Shown in pieces: positions 11,292 to 23,223 of a stretch of DNA of 64,000 nucleotides (positions are counted from its first letter, which is position 1; every line of letters begins with the position of its first letter). The notes beneath the pieces are model-generated. The model had not been told where the DNA came from. It worked only from the letters and a program-made list of their open reading frames with translations, and did not search any database. The position numbers were made by a program, and so were the translations under genes. The stretch is from Marinifilaceae bacterium (GTDB taxonomy: Bacteria > Bacteroidota > Bacteroidia > Bacteroidales > Marinifilaceae), in assembly GCA_963666945.2 (NCBI GenBank), contig CAXXRT010000026.1, positions 16,073-80,072 of the forward strand, in the 5' to 3' direction.

Positions 11292-11363
11292 AATACAGCT
11301 TTAAACCAAATATGCTGCATAACATATCTCAAAAATGGCGAATCAATTAACAATCAGAAACAA

Positions 11364-11397
11364 GAAAACGTTTCCGAAAGTTAAAATTTTTAACTTT
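11364..11397. promoter_or_regulatory. Two palindromes upstream of gdhA (candidate operator sites)
   Basis: GAAAACGTTTCC (11364-11375) has the perfect core AAACGTTT. AAAGTTAAAA-T-TTTTAACTTT (11377-11397) is a perfect 10+1+10 palindrome. Both lie 27-60 nt upstream of the putative -7 box. Confidence 0.3.
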
Positions 11398-11423
11398 TAT
11401 TTATGTGTTTTATAAAAATTATA

Positions 11424-11431
11424 TACATTTG
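11424..11431 (+). promoter_or_regulatory. Candidate -7 promoter box TACATTTG for gdhA
   Basis: It matches the TAnnTTTG consensus and lies 48 nt upstream of the gdhA ATG. I saw no clear -33 TTTG. Confidence 0.3.
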
Positions 11432-11478
11432 ACCCGTGTTTCAATTTAAAAAACAACACTAAATTTATAAAACTAGAC

Positions 11479-12817
11479 ATGGAAGCAAAGATTAAAGAAT
11501 TCATGGAAGCCCTTAAGGCTAAAACTGCTGGTGAAGCTGAATTTCATCAGGCAGTTGAGGAAGTTGTAGAAACTGTTTGGGATTTCTATAATGAAAATCC
11601 TAAATACAAAGCTGCTAAGATCCTTGAAAAAATGTGTGAGCCAGAACGTACTATCATGTTCAGGGTACCATGGATTAACGATAAAGGTGAAGTAGAAATC
11701 AACCGTGGATACCGTGTTGAATTCAACAGTGCAATCGGACCTTACAAAGGAGGTTTAAGATTTCACCCATCTGTAACACTAGGAACACTTAAATTCTTAG
11801 GTTTCGAACAAACATTCAAAAACTCTTTGACTACTCTTCCTATGGGTGGTGGTAAAGGAGGATCTGACTTCAATGCAAAAGGAAGATCAGACAACGAAAT
11901 CATGCGTTTTTGCCAGAGTTTCATGACAGAACTTTGTAAGCATATAGGACCTAACACTGACGTACCTGCTGGAGATATAGGTGTTGGTGGTCGTGAGATA
12001 GGTTACCTATTCGGACAATACAAAAGAATCCGTAACGAGTTTACTGGTGTATTAACTGGTAAAGGTCTTGAGTTCGGTGGTTCTTTAGTTCGTCCAGAAG
12101 CTACTGGTTTCGGTACAGTTTACTTTGCACAACACATGCTTGCTGAAAACGGAGAAACTCTAGAAGGTAAAAGAGTTGCTCTTTCAGGATTCGGTAACGT
12201 TTCTTGGGGTGCTGCTTCGAAATTAGCTGAGCTTGGTGCTAAAGTTGTTACTATTTCTGGTCCTGACGGATATATACTAGATGAAGCAGGAATCAATACT
12301 CCTGAGAAAATTGAGTACATGTTAGAGCTTCGTGCAACTAACAACGACGTTGTTGCTCCTTACGCTGAAAAATTCGGTGCTAAATTCTTCGCTGGTAAAA
12401 AAACCATGGGAAGCTAAAGTTGATATGGCATTCCCTTGTGCAATCCAGAACGAGCTTAACGAAGAAGATGCTAAAAAACTTGTAGCTAACGGATGTAAAT
12501 ACATCGTTGAAACTTCTAACATGGGTTGTACTGCAGAAGCTGTTAAATATGCTATCGATAACGCAATCTTTGCTCCTGGTAAAGCTGCTAACGCTGGTGG
12601 TGTAGCTGTTTCTGGTCTTGAAATGGCTCAGAACTCAATGAGATTCAACTGGACAGCCGAAGAAGTTGATGAGAAATTAGCTAGAATCATGAAAGATATT
12701 CATGATACTTGTGTTAAGTATGGTAAAGACGGAAAGAAAATCAACTACGTTAAAGGTGCTAACGTTGGTGGATTCATTAAGGTTGCTAATGCAATGCTTG
12801 CTCAAGGACACGTATAA
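11479..12817 (+). pseudogene. gdhA: NAD(P)-specific glutamate dehydrogenase, interrupted by a 1-nt insertion in an A7 run
   Basis: ORFs 11479..12417 and 12332..12817 are the N- and C-terminal parts of one Glu dehydrogenase ([19 protein letters not shown]). Removing one A from the A7 run at 12397-12403 restores ..[18 protein letters not shown].. Confidence 0.9.
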
Positions 12818-12834
12818 TCTTATACACCATATAT

Positions 12835-12866
12835 AAAAAAAGCCGGCAATGCCGGCTTTTTTTTTT
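12835..12866 (+). terminator. Rho-independent terminator of gdhA
   Basis: AGCCGGC-AAT-GCCGGCT hairpin (12841-12857), flanked by an A6 run and followed by a T10 run (12857-12866). Confidence 0.8.
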
Positions 12867-12906
12867 ACAATTCTATTAAGTTTGTATCAAAACAAACAAC
12901 AATACC

Positions 12907-13671
12907 ATGTTTATAGATACCCACTCACATTTATATAGTGAAGATTTCGATTCCGATATAAAAGATGTTATTGAAAGAGCGCAAAATGCGAATATTGGAA
13001 AAATTGTTCTTCCAGACATAGACTCTGAATGTAGAAATAAAATGTTGTCTTTATCTGACAAATATCCAGAATTCCTTTACCCTCTGATTGGCTTACACCC
13101 CACCTCAGTGAAAGAAAACTTTAAACAGGAAATAAAAGAAATAGAATTATTACTTGAAAAAAGAAAATTCTGGGGAATAGGAGAAACAGGGATAGATTTA
13201 TATTGGGACAAAACATTTAAAACACAACAAATAGAGTCCTTCTCTTTCCATATAGAACTATCATTAAAATATAACCTTCCACTAATAGTACATGCCAGAG
13301 AATCCCTTAATGAAATTTTCTCTGTTCTTGACAACTACAATTCTAAAAAGCTCAAAGGAATATTCCACTGTTTTTCAGGAAATGAAGAAGAAGCCCACAG
13401 AGCTATTGACAACGGCTTTCTCCTGGGTATAGGAGGAGTACTGACCTTTAAAAACTCTTCATTAAAGGATGTAATCAATAAAATTAAACTTGAAAATATT
13501 GTACTTGAAACAGATTCTCCATATCTTGCACCTGTTCCTTTTAGGGGTAAAAGAAATGAAAGTTCCTACCTTGTAAAAGTAGCAGAAAAAGTAGCAGAAA
13601 TTCATAACATCTCGTTGGAAAAGGTAGAATCCGCTACAACAGAGAATGCCATAAAAATATTTGGATTTTAA
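12907..13671 (+). CDS. TatD-family metal-dependent hydrolase
   Basis: 254 aa. It has the N-terminal FIDTHSHL motif, an internal ..GEIGLD-like GETGIDL.., and ..HCFSG.. and ..ETDSPYL.. motifs of TatD/YcfH hydrolases. Confidence 0.85.
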   Translation: MFIDTHSHLYSEDFDSDIKDVIERAQNANIGKIVLPDIDSECRNKMLSLSDKYPEFLYPLIGLHPTSVKENFKQEIKEIELLLEKRKFWGIGETGIDLYWDKTFKTQQIESFSFHIELSLKYNLPLIVHARESLNEIFSVLDNYNSKKLKGIFHCFSGNEEEAHRAIDNGFLLGIGGVLTFKNSSLKDVINKIKLENIVLETDSPYLAPVPFRGKRNESSYLVKVAEKVAEIHNISLEKVESATTENAIKIFGF

Positions 13672-13682
13672 ATGTTTATAAA

Positions 13683-14721
13683 ATGACCGAACAGAACAAA
13701 GGAGTATTAATAATCTACACAGGTGGAACAATTGGGATGATTAATGATCCGGTTACAGGTTCTTTATGCCCCTTCAGTTTTGAAGAGATAGCAAAAGAAG
13801 TTCCTGAAATACAAGAGTTCAACTTTAATATTGACACACTTATTTTCGAAGAATTAATTGACTCTTCAAATCTAAAACCAGAAGTCTGGATTAAGCTATG
13901 TAATATTATAAAGGAAAAACTACGACAACTATGAAGGTTTTGTAATATTACACGGAACAGATACGATGGCTTTTTCCGCCTCTGCATTGAGTTTTATGAT
14001 TGATAATCTTTCCAAGCCTGTTGTATTTACAGGATCACAACTTCCAATAGGAACAATAAGAACAGATGGAAAAGAAAATTTAATTACATCAATAGAAATT
14101 GCAGCAGCGAAAGAAAATGGAATATCAATAATTCCCGAAGTATGTATTCTTTTTGGAGACAGGTTATTCCGAGGAAACAGGACAACAAAACATACAGCGG
14201 AACACTTTAATGCTTTTGCATCGTACAACTACCCTCCGCTGGCAAAAATAGGGATACATATTCACTATAATTATCCCGCCATAAACAACAATTCAGCGAA
14301 CAGCGACACTGTTGAAATAAACACACACATTGACACAAACATTGCAATTCTAAAAATATTCCCAGGCATCACAAAAAATATTGTGAAGTCAATAATAAAC
14401 ACTAAAGATCTTAAGGCCATCATTATTGAGTCTTATGGATCAGGTAATGCACCAACAGACAAATGGTTTATAGATCTTTTAAAAGAAGCCTTGGCAAAAG
14501 GAATAATTATATACAACGTCACACAATGTCAGGCAGGGAAGGTAGAGATGGGAAGATACGAAACAAGTCTTGAACTACTCAATGCAGGAGTAATAAGCGG
14601 GCAAGACATAACAATTGAGGCCGCAGTAACAAAATTAATGCATATTTTAGGACGATATACAGAAAAAAACACAATAAGAACAGAACTAAATAAGTCTCTT
14701 AAAGGTGAAATAAGCCTTTAA
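13683..14721 (+). pseudogene. ansA: Type I L-asparaginase, interrupted by a 1-nt insertion in an A5 run
   Basis: ORFs 13683..13934 (TGGTIGM active-site motif) and 13966..14721 join as ..[31 protein letters not shown].. when one A is removed from 13915-13919. Confidence 0.85.
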
Positions 14722-14785
14722 GATGCTTGGTTTTAACATTTTTTTTGTAATTTGGTGCACTGAATAATAAAAATAATTTGGAACA

Positions 14786-14819
14786 GACTTAGTTAAAACT
14801 ATACTAAGTCATTGTTTTT
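14786..14819 (+). terminator. Probable terminator after ansA
   Basis: GACTTAGT (14786-14793) pairs with ACTAAGTC (14803-14810) around a 9-nt loop, followed by ATTGTTTTT. Confidence 0.5.
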
Positions 14820-14873
14820 AAACACGTTATAGATAATTAATTAATTTATAAACTAAAATCAGTTAAACAGACC

Positions 14874-15704
14874 ATGAAAAAATTATTGGCATTAATAGCA
14901 GTTTTCGGGATGCTTACTTTTGGAGCGTCTCAAACATTAGTTGCTCAGGAAGAGACAACGAATCAGGAAAATGTTGCTCAAGATACTACTGAACAAGTAG
15001 AAGCAGCAACAGAAGAGGTTGATAGTGCAGTTGCTCAATTAGAGGAAGAAGAGCAGATTGAGAGTACTTCGTTCCACGCAGCAGTTAAAAACAAATTCAT
15101 TGAGGGTGGTGCAGCATTTATGAGCTTTGTAATCCTAGCTCTTATTTTAGGTTTAGCTATCTCTATTGAAAGAGTTATTTACCTTAACTTATCAACTACA
15201 AACACAAAAAAACTTCTTGCTAACATCGAAGAGTCATTAGAAAACGGTGGCGTTGAAGCAGCAAAAGAAGTTTGTCGTAACACTCGCGGTCCTATCGCTA
15301 GTATTTTCTACCAAGGTCTTGATCGTTTCGATCACGGTATTGAAATCGTTGAGAAATCAGTTGTTTCTTACGGTAGTGTTCAAATGGGACTATTAGAAAA
15401 AGGTTTATCATGGATTAGTTTGTTTATCGGTCTTGCCCCTATGTTAGGTTTCATGGGAACAGTAATCGGTATGATTGACGCATTCGACTCTATCCAGGCA
15501 GCAGGTGATATTAGCCCAGCATTGGTAGCAGGAGGTATTAAAGTTGCGTTGATTACAACAGTATCAGGTTTGATCGTAGCAATGATTCTTCAGGTATTTT
15601 ATAACTACTGTGTTGCAAAAATTGACGCTATAGTTAATAATATGGAAGATTCATCAGTAGCTCTATTAGACATTCTTGTAAAATATACTCAAAAAAACAA
15701 GTAA
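14874..15704 (+). CDS. exbB: MotA/TolQ/ExbB proton-channel protein with signal peptide and acidic N-terminal extension
   Basis: The C-terminal half has the MotA_ExbB channel pattern (..LGFMGTVIGMI..F....). The N-terminus has a signal peptide followed by an E/Q-rich segment. Confidence 0.85.
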   Translation: MKKLLALIAVFGMLTFGASQTLVAQEETTNQENVAQDTTEQVEAATEEVDSAVAQLEEEEQIESTSFHAAVKNKFIEGGAAFMSFVILALILGLAISIERVIYLNLSTTNTKKLLANIEESLENGGVEAAKEVCRNTRGPIASIFYQGLDRFDHGIEIVEKSVVSYGSVQMGLLEKGLSWISLFIGLAPMLGFMGTVIGMIDAFDSIQAAGDISPALVAGGIKVALITTVSGLIVAMILQVFYNYCVAKIDAIVNNMEDSSVALLDILVKYTQKNK

Positions 15705-15707
15705 ACC

Positions 15708-16154
15708 ATGACCAAAATATCTAAAATATTAAACATAGTAACTTATGTAATGATTGCCGTTACAGTTGTGTTACTTGGTTTATTTTACTTTGGAGGTGAA
15801 ATACCAAACCAAGCCTATACGACACCGGTATATACACAAGAGTTACTAGTATGGGCGTACATTCTTTTCTTCATCTCAGCGGGAACGGCAATAATATTCC
15901 CTGTAGTAAGGTTTATTACTAACCCTAAAGATGCGATGAAAGGAATTATTGGACTAGCAGCATTAGGTGTAGTTGTGCTTTTAGCTTACTCTATGTCAGA
16001 TGGAACATTATTAAATCTTCCAGGGTATACAGGAAGTGACAACACTCCAGGTAAACTAATGTTTGCAGATACTATTCTTTACACAATGTATTTTCTTGGT
16101 ATAGGTACTTTAGTTGCTATTCTTGTAACTGAAATCATTAGAAAGTTAAGATAA
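15708..16154 (+). CDS. Hypothetical 4-TM membrane protein embedded in the exbB-exbD cluster
   Basis: 148 aa with four hydrophobic segments. It is tightly packed, 3 nt after exbB and 34 nt before exbD. I recognise no motif. Confidence 0.55.
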   Translation: MTKISKILNIVTYVMIAVTVVLLGLFYFGGEIPNQAYTTPVYTQELLVWAYILFFISAGTAIIFPVVRFITNPKDAMKGIIGLAALGVVVLLAYSMSDGTLLNLPGYTGSDNTPGKLMFADTILYTMYFLGIGTLVAILVTEIIRKLR

Positions 16155-16188
16155 TTATCCTGTAAAAGGACATAATAAAAGACAAATT

Positions 16189-16761
16189 ATGGCTAGAAAA
16201 GTTCCAGAATTAAATGCCAGTTCTATGGCAGACATTGCGTTTTTGTTACTTATATTTTTCCTTGTAACAACAACGATGGATGTTGATTCGGGTATTTACA
16301 GGAAATTGCCACAAATGCCAGAAGAAAATGTAAAAACAGAAGTTAAGGTTAAAGAAAGAAACGTTTTGGTTGTATTGGTAAACCGTAACGACCTTCTTTC
16401 TGTAGGAGGAGATCTTCTTGATGTAAATGATCTTAAATCAAAAGTAAAAGAATTTATCCTTAACCCTAACAACAGTACAAAACTTCCTGAAAAATCATTA
16501 AAGGATATTCCATTTTTTGGAAAGCAGGAAGTATCAAAAGGAATTATTTCACTTCAAAATGATAGGGGAACATCATACAAAATGTACATAAGAATTCAAG
16601 ACGAATTGGCTGCTGCATTTAATGAAATCAGAGATGAGAAAGCCCTTAATAAGTGGGGAAAAAGATTTGATGATCTTACAGCTGACCAGCAAGGAGCAAT
16701 CAAACAACTTGTTCCCATGTCTATTTCAGAAGCAGAACCTAAAAACATTGGAGGGAAATAA
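16189..16761 (+). CDS. exbD: Biopolymer transport protein ExbD/TolR (long form)
   Basis: It has the N-terminal ..MADIAFLLLIFFLVTT.. single TM typical of ExbD/TolR, followed by a periplasmic domain. Confidence 0.8.
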   Translation: MARKVPELNASSMADIAFLLLIFFLVTTTMDVDSGIYRKLPQMPEENVKTEVKVKERNVLVVLVNRNDLLSVGGDLLDVNDLKSKVKEFILNPNNSTKLPEKSLKDIPFFGKQEVSKGIISLQNDRGTSYKMYIRIQDELAAAFNEIRDEKALNKWGKRFDDLTADQQGAIKQLVPMSISEAEPKNIGGK

Positions 16762-16763
16762 TT

Positions 16764-17234
16764 ATGGCAAAGTTTAAAAAAGGTGGCAGCAAAGAACTTC
16801 CTGCGATATCTACAGCATCACTACCTGATATTGTATTTATGCTTCTATTCTTCTTTATGGTTAGTACAACTATGCGTGAAGTTGAATTGAAAATTAAAAA
16901 CAACTTACCAGAAGCTTCGGAAGTAACAAAACTTGAAAAAAAATCGTTGGTTAGTAATATTTACATAGGAACACCTACACGAAATTACCAAAGAAGTTAT
17001 GGTACCGAACCTGTTATCCAGCTAAACGACCAGATAAGTGCAGTTGCCGACGTAGGTAATTTTATTGCATCTGAGCGTGAAGCCAGAAAAGAGGAAGATA
17101 GAAACAAAATGACAGTATCGTTAAAAGTTCAATCCGAAACAAAAATGGGTATAGTTACTGACGTAAAACAGGAACTGAGAAAAGCCCAGGCATTGAAACT
17201 TAATTACTCAGTCAGAAAGAAAGCTCGTAAATAA
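16764..17234 (+). CDS. exbD: Biopolymer transport protein ExbD/TolR (second copy)
   Basis: It has ..LPDIVFMLLFFFMVST.. as a TM and an ExbD-like periplasmic domain. It starts 2 nt after the preceding gene. Confidence 0.8.
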   Translation: MAKFKKGGSKELPAISTASLPDIVFMLLFFFMVSTTMREVELKIKNNLPEASEVTKLEKKSLVSNIYIGTPTRNYQRSYGTEPVIQLNDQISAVADVGNFIASEREARKEEDRNKMTVSLKVQSETKMGIVTDVKQELRKAQALKLNYSVRKKARK

Positions 17235-17260
17235 TCGACTTTTAAAATAATATTAAAAAA

Positions 17261-17291
17261 AAGAGACCAATTTTCCGGTCTCTTTTTTTTT
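17261..17291 (+). terminator. Rho-independent terminator of the exbBD operon
   Basis: AAGAGACC (17261-17268) pairs with GGTCTCTT (17277-17284) around an 8-nt loop and runs into a T9 tract. An A-run precedes it. Confidence 0.75.
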
Positions 17292-17321
17292 GTTATTATG
17301 AGTCTAGTCCTGAAATAGCAC

Positions 17322-17360
17322 TAAACAAAAAGAAGAGGATGTTGAAAACAACACCCTCTT
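17322..17360 (-). terminator. Terminator downstream of tRNA-Arg
   Basis: On the minus strand, AAGAGGGTGTTG-TTTT-CAACATCCTCTT (one G-U pair) is followed by CTTTTTGTTT. It lies immediately 3' of the tRNA. Confidence 0.6.
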
Positions 17361-17364
17361 TTAG

Positions 17365-17438
17365 TGATCCCGGCGGGATTCAAACCCACGACCTTCAGAA
17401 CCGGAATCTGACGTTCTATTCAGCTGAACTACGGGACC
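17365..17438 (-). tRNA. tRNA-Arg (anticodon CCG)
   Basis: I folded the 74-nt cloverleaf by hand. The acceptor stem is GGTCCCG/CGGGATC (one G-U pair). The D-arm is GTTC..GAAC. The anticodon stem is TCAGA/TCTGA with loop TTCCGGT (anticodon CCG). The T-arm is GTGGG-TTTGAAT-CCCGC, and the discriminator is A. No CCA is encoded. Confidence 0.9.
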
Positions 17439-17447
17439 AAGTTCACG

Positions 17448-17455
17448 CAAAATTA
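17448..17455 (-). promoter_or_regulatory. -7 promoter box TAATTTTG for tRNA-Arg
   Basis: On the minus strand, TAATTTTG matches TAnnTTTG and ends 9 nt before the first tRNA nucleotide. Confidence 0.4.
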
Positions 17456-17554
17456 AAAAATATTACCTATACTACAAGACATATATGAATAAACTTAGAT
17501 TATAGCCTCAAACAAAGAGAATACCATGTTAGTTATAAAAACATGGTAAACAAT

Positions 17555-17598
17555 AGTTGTTATACAACATATGGAGAGTTGTTTTTCAACATATGACG
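17555..17598. repeat. 22-bp tandem direct repeat (2 copies) in the long acnB upstream region
   Basis: AGTTGTTATACAACATATGGAG (17555-17576) and AGTTGTTTTTCAACATATGACG (17577-17598) match at 18 of 22 positions. Each unit contains a small GTTG..CAAC inverted repeat. Confidence 0.7.
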
Positions 17599-17945
17599 TT
17601 TTTCACGATTCAGCAGTATAATTTTTTTAGTAATTTGTTAAATATAAACCTAAAATTCAAGCTAAAATACAAAAAAAAAGAAACCCAAATTCCACTAATT
17701 AAAGCAATTTATCATATTAATACACAGGCACATAAATCATCCTTACAACTATCATGCCATATTAAAGAAAAAATGCCCTAAAAATAATTGTTAAAAATGT
17801 TGTGTAATTCCAAAATTCTGTGAATGTTTGTACCGTAATACTGAAAGAATTCCGTATTTAATCAGATATGATTTAACAAGGAACAAATCAGTTTATTATA
17901 AAGATAAATATTAAAAACACTAACGCAGAAAAAAGAAAAGGTTTT

Positions 17946-20496
17946 ATGGAATCTTATCTTCAACACGAAGAAGCTAGGAAAGCCCTAGGCATACCAGCTC
18001 TTCCATTATCTCCAGAACAAGTTGAGAAAGTATGCTCATCTATGGAGAGCCCTAAAAAAGGGGAAGAAGAATTTCTTCTACAATTGTTCACTGAAAGAAT
18101 TGCTCCTGGTGTGGATGCCTCCACAAAAGTCAAAGCTGAGTTTCTTAATTCAATTATTAGTGGCGAGAAGACATCTCCACTAATCGACAAAAAGGACGCA
18201 ATCAGAATATTGGGAACCATGATGGGTGGTTACAATGTTCAGGTACTAGTAGAAGCATTAAAGAACGAAGAGGTAGCAAAAGAAGCTGCAGAAGCACTTA
18301 AACAGACAATACTTGTTTACGATGCTTTTGAAACTGTTTGTGAATTATCAAAGACAAACGAAGCTGCCAAATCGGTAGTTGAATCGTGGGCAAACGCTGA
18401 ATGGTTTACCAAGAAAGACGAAATGCCTTCAGAATTCACAGTTAAGGTTTTCAAAGTAGAAGGAGAGATCAACACTGACGACTTTTCTCCTGCAAGCGAA
18501 GCATTCACACGTCCGGATATTCCTCTTCACGCTCTTTCTATGGGTAGAGGTAAATTCGACGGAGGAAATGAGACTATTGCAGAATGGAGAAAAGATGGTC
18601 ACAAGATAGCCTTCGTTGGTGACGTTGTAGGAACAGGGTCATCAAGAAAATCCGCATGTAACTCTTTAATGTGGCACATTGGAGAAGATATCCCTTTTGT
18701 TCCAAATAAAAGAAACAAGGGTATAGTAATAGGCGGTTCCATCGCTCCTATCTTTTTCAACACAACTGAAGATTCGGGAGGTTTACCAATCCTTACTGAT
18801 GTTACTTCACTTAACATGGGTGACGAAATAGTAATTGACGTAAATAAAGGAGAGATCAAAAAAGATGGTGAAGTTATTACCACTTTTCGAATTAAAGCCT
18901 GCTACCATTAAAGATGAATACAGAGCCGGTGGTAGGATTTCCTTAATCATAGGTAAAGCACTTACCGAAAGATCAAGAAACTTCTTAAATCTTGAGCCAT
19001 TAAACATCTTTACTGAGGTTGCTAATCCAGAGCCAAAAGAAGGACAAGGATTTACATTAGCTCAGAAAATAGTAGGAAAAGCTTGTGGATTAGACGGTGT
19101 TCTACCCGGAGCATCAGTTCTTCCTAAGATGACCACAGTAGGGTCTCAGGACACAACAGGACCAATGACAGCTGACGAGATCAAAGAATTAGCATGTCTA
19201 AAATTTGAATCTCCTATGTTCATGCAGTCCTTCTGTCACACAGCTGCTTATCCAAAGCCAGCTGACGTTAAGACACACAGAACCCTTCCAGGTTTCATCA
19301 CTGAAAGAAAAGGTGTTGCTCTTAAACAAGGGGACGGAGTTATCCACTCATGGTTAAACAGACTACTTGTTCCTGACACAGTAGGTACAGGAGGTGACTC
19401 TCACACAAGATTTCCTCTAGGAATATCATTCCCAGCAGGTTCCGGCCTCGTTGCTTTTGCAGGAGCTCTAGGATTCATGCCACTTGACATGCCTGAATCG
19501 GTACTTGTAAAATTCAAAGGAAAACTTAACCCAGGAATTACACTTAGAGACGTAGTTAATGCTATTCCTTATTTTGCAATAAAACAAGGACACTTAACTG
19601 TTCCTAAAAAGAATAAGATAAACGTATTCAACGGTACAATAATTGAGATGGAAGGTCTTGATGATATTACTGTTGAGCAGGCTTTCGAACTTACGGATGC
19701 AACAGCAGAAAGAAGTGCAGCCGCAGGATGTATTAAACTAAGCGAAGAAAAAGTTGTTGAGTACGTACGTTCTAACGTAGCACTAATGGAAAGCCTTATA
19801 GCAGAAGGATACTCTGATGCTGAAACATTACAAAACAGAATAAACGAATGTAATGAGTGGTTGAAAAACCCACAGCTTCTGGACAGAGACGAGAATGCTG
19901 AATATTCTGCAGTAATTGAAATCGATCTTGCAGATATAACTGAACCTATTCTGGCTTGTCCAAACGATCCCGATGACGTAAAACTTCTAAGCGAAGTTCA
20001 GGGAACCGAGATTCAGGATGTATTTATTGGTTCTTGTATGACTAACATCGGTCATTTCCGTGCTGCTTCAAAAGTTTGGGAAGATACAACTCCAAGTGCC
20101 AATGTACGTACCTATCTGGCTCCTCCAACAAGGATGGATCAGTCGGTGCTTAAAAGCGAAGCACGCTTTAGTGCATTATCTAAAATTGGTGCACGTATAG
20201 AAACTCCTGGATGTTCTCTATGTATGGGTAACCAGTTAAGAGTACCGGACAATGTGACTGTATTTTCCACATCCACACGTAACTTCAACAACCGTTTAGG
20301 TAACGGTACTAAAGTTTTCTTAGGTTCAGCAGAACTAGGTGCGGTAACAGCATTAAAGGGTAAACTCCCCACAGTTGAAGAGTATATGGAAGTATATAAC
20401 GACAAGATCCTTCCTAACATGGAAGAAATATACAACTATATGCAATTCGATAATATAGACATGAACGATAACTTGTATAAGAAAAGAGATCTTTAA
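17946..20496 (+). pseudogene. acnB: Aconitate hydratase 2 / 2-methylisocitrate dehydratase (AcnB type), interrupted by a 1-nt insertion in a T4 run
   Basis: ORFs 17946..18911 and 18865..20496 are colinear with AcnB (..EEEFLL.., [45 protein letters not shown]). Removing one T from 18884-18887 gives ..[23 protein letters not shown].. Confidence 0.9.
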
Positions 20497-20513
20497 TTAA
20501 GAGATAATTTTAA

Positions 20514-22754
<2,241 letters not shown>

Positions 22755-22781
22755 TTAGAAATTATAATTAAATAAATACAT

Positions 22782-22813
22782 GGCCTTACTAATAGAAAAT
22801 TATTAGTAAGGCC
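22782..22813 (+). terminator. Perfect 13-bp hairpin between icd and citD (terminator or attenuator; no U-tract)
   Basis: GGCCTTACTAATA (22782-22794) pairs with TATTAGTAAGGCC (22801-22813) around a 6-nt loop. TAAATAG follows rather than a T-run. Confidence 0.4.
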
Positions 22814-22820
22814 TAAATAG

Positions 22821-22836
22821 CACTTAGATATAAGTG
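22821..22836. promoter_or_regulatory. Inverted repeat CACTTA-N4-TAAGTG just upstream of citD (candidate operator)
   Basis: Perfect 6-bp arms at 22821-22826 and 22831-22836, 23 nt before the citD ATG. Confidence 0.25.
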
Positions 22837-22858
22837 TTTTATATATAATTCTAAAGAA

Positions 22859-23149
22859 ATGATGATAAAAGAAAAAGCTCAAGCCGGTAGTTTTGAGTCA
22901 AGCGACGTTCTAGTACTTATAGAACCGGCAGAAGGCCAGAAAGGTCGCGACATTGAGATCTCTTCTACAGTTATGCTTCAATACGGAGAAAGCTTAAAAG
23001 CAGAGATCAACAAAGTACTAGATCAATTTAAAATTGAAGATGTGCGTATGGTAGTCCACGATAAAGGAGCTTTAACAGCAACACTTCACGCAAGGGTTGA
23101 GACAGCTCTAAAACGTTCGATGGGCCTACAGGAAGGAACACTTGCCTAA
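22859..23149 (+). CDS. citD: Citrate lyase acyl carrier protein (gamma subunit)
   Basis: 96 aa. ..AGSFESSDVLV.. contains the conserved prosthetic-group serine context of CitD. citE and citF follow. Confidence 0.85.
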   Translation: MMIKEKAQAGSFESSDVLVLIEPAEGQKGRDIEISSTVMLQYGESLKAEINKVLDQFKIEDVRMVVHDKGALTATLHARVETALKRSMGLQEGTLA

Positions 23150-23223
23150 ACAAGGCAACACACACTAACACAGAATATATAAACCCAAACATGTGCACAA
23201 CCATTGTTTAATTAATTAAACTC

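Noticed and set aside
17365-17438. tRNA-Arg as an integration site for a genomic island.
   Set aside because: There is no integrase, no direct repeat of the tRNA 3' end and no abrupt change of gene content on either side. The flanks are the exbBD terminator and the acnB leader.
17557-17781. Intergenic ORFs as possible small protein genes: 17557..17781 (74 aa), 7075..7260 (61 aa), 41578..41784 (68 aa) and 2461..2649 (62 aa).
   Set aside because: They start at non-ATG codons or lie in AT-rich promoter regions. They encode I/N/K/F-rich low-complexity peptides and have no coding-like periodicity that I could see. They overlap the repeat or promoter elements described above.
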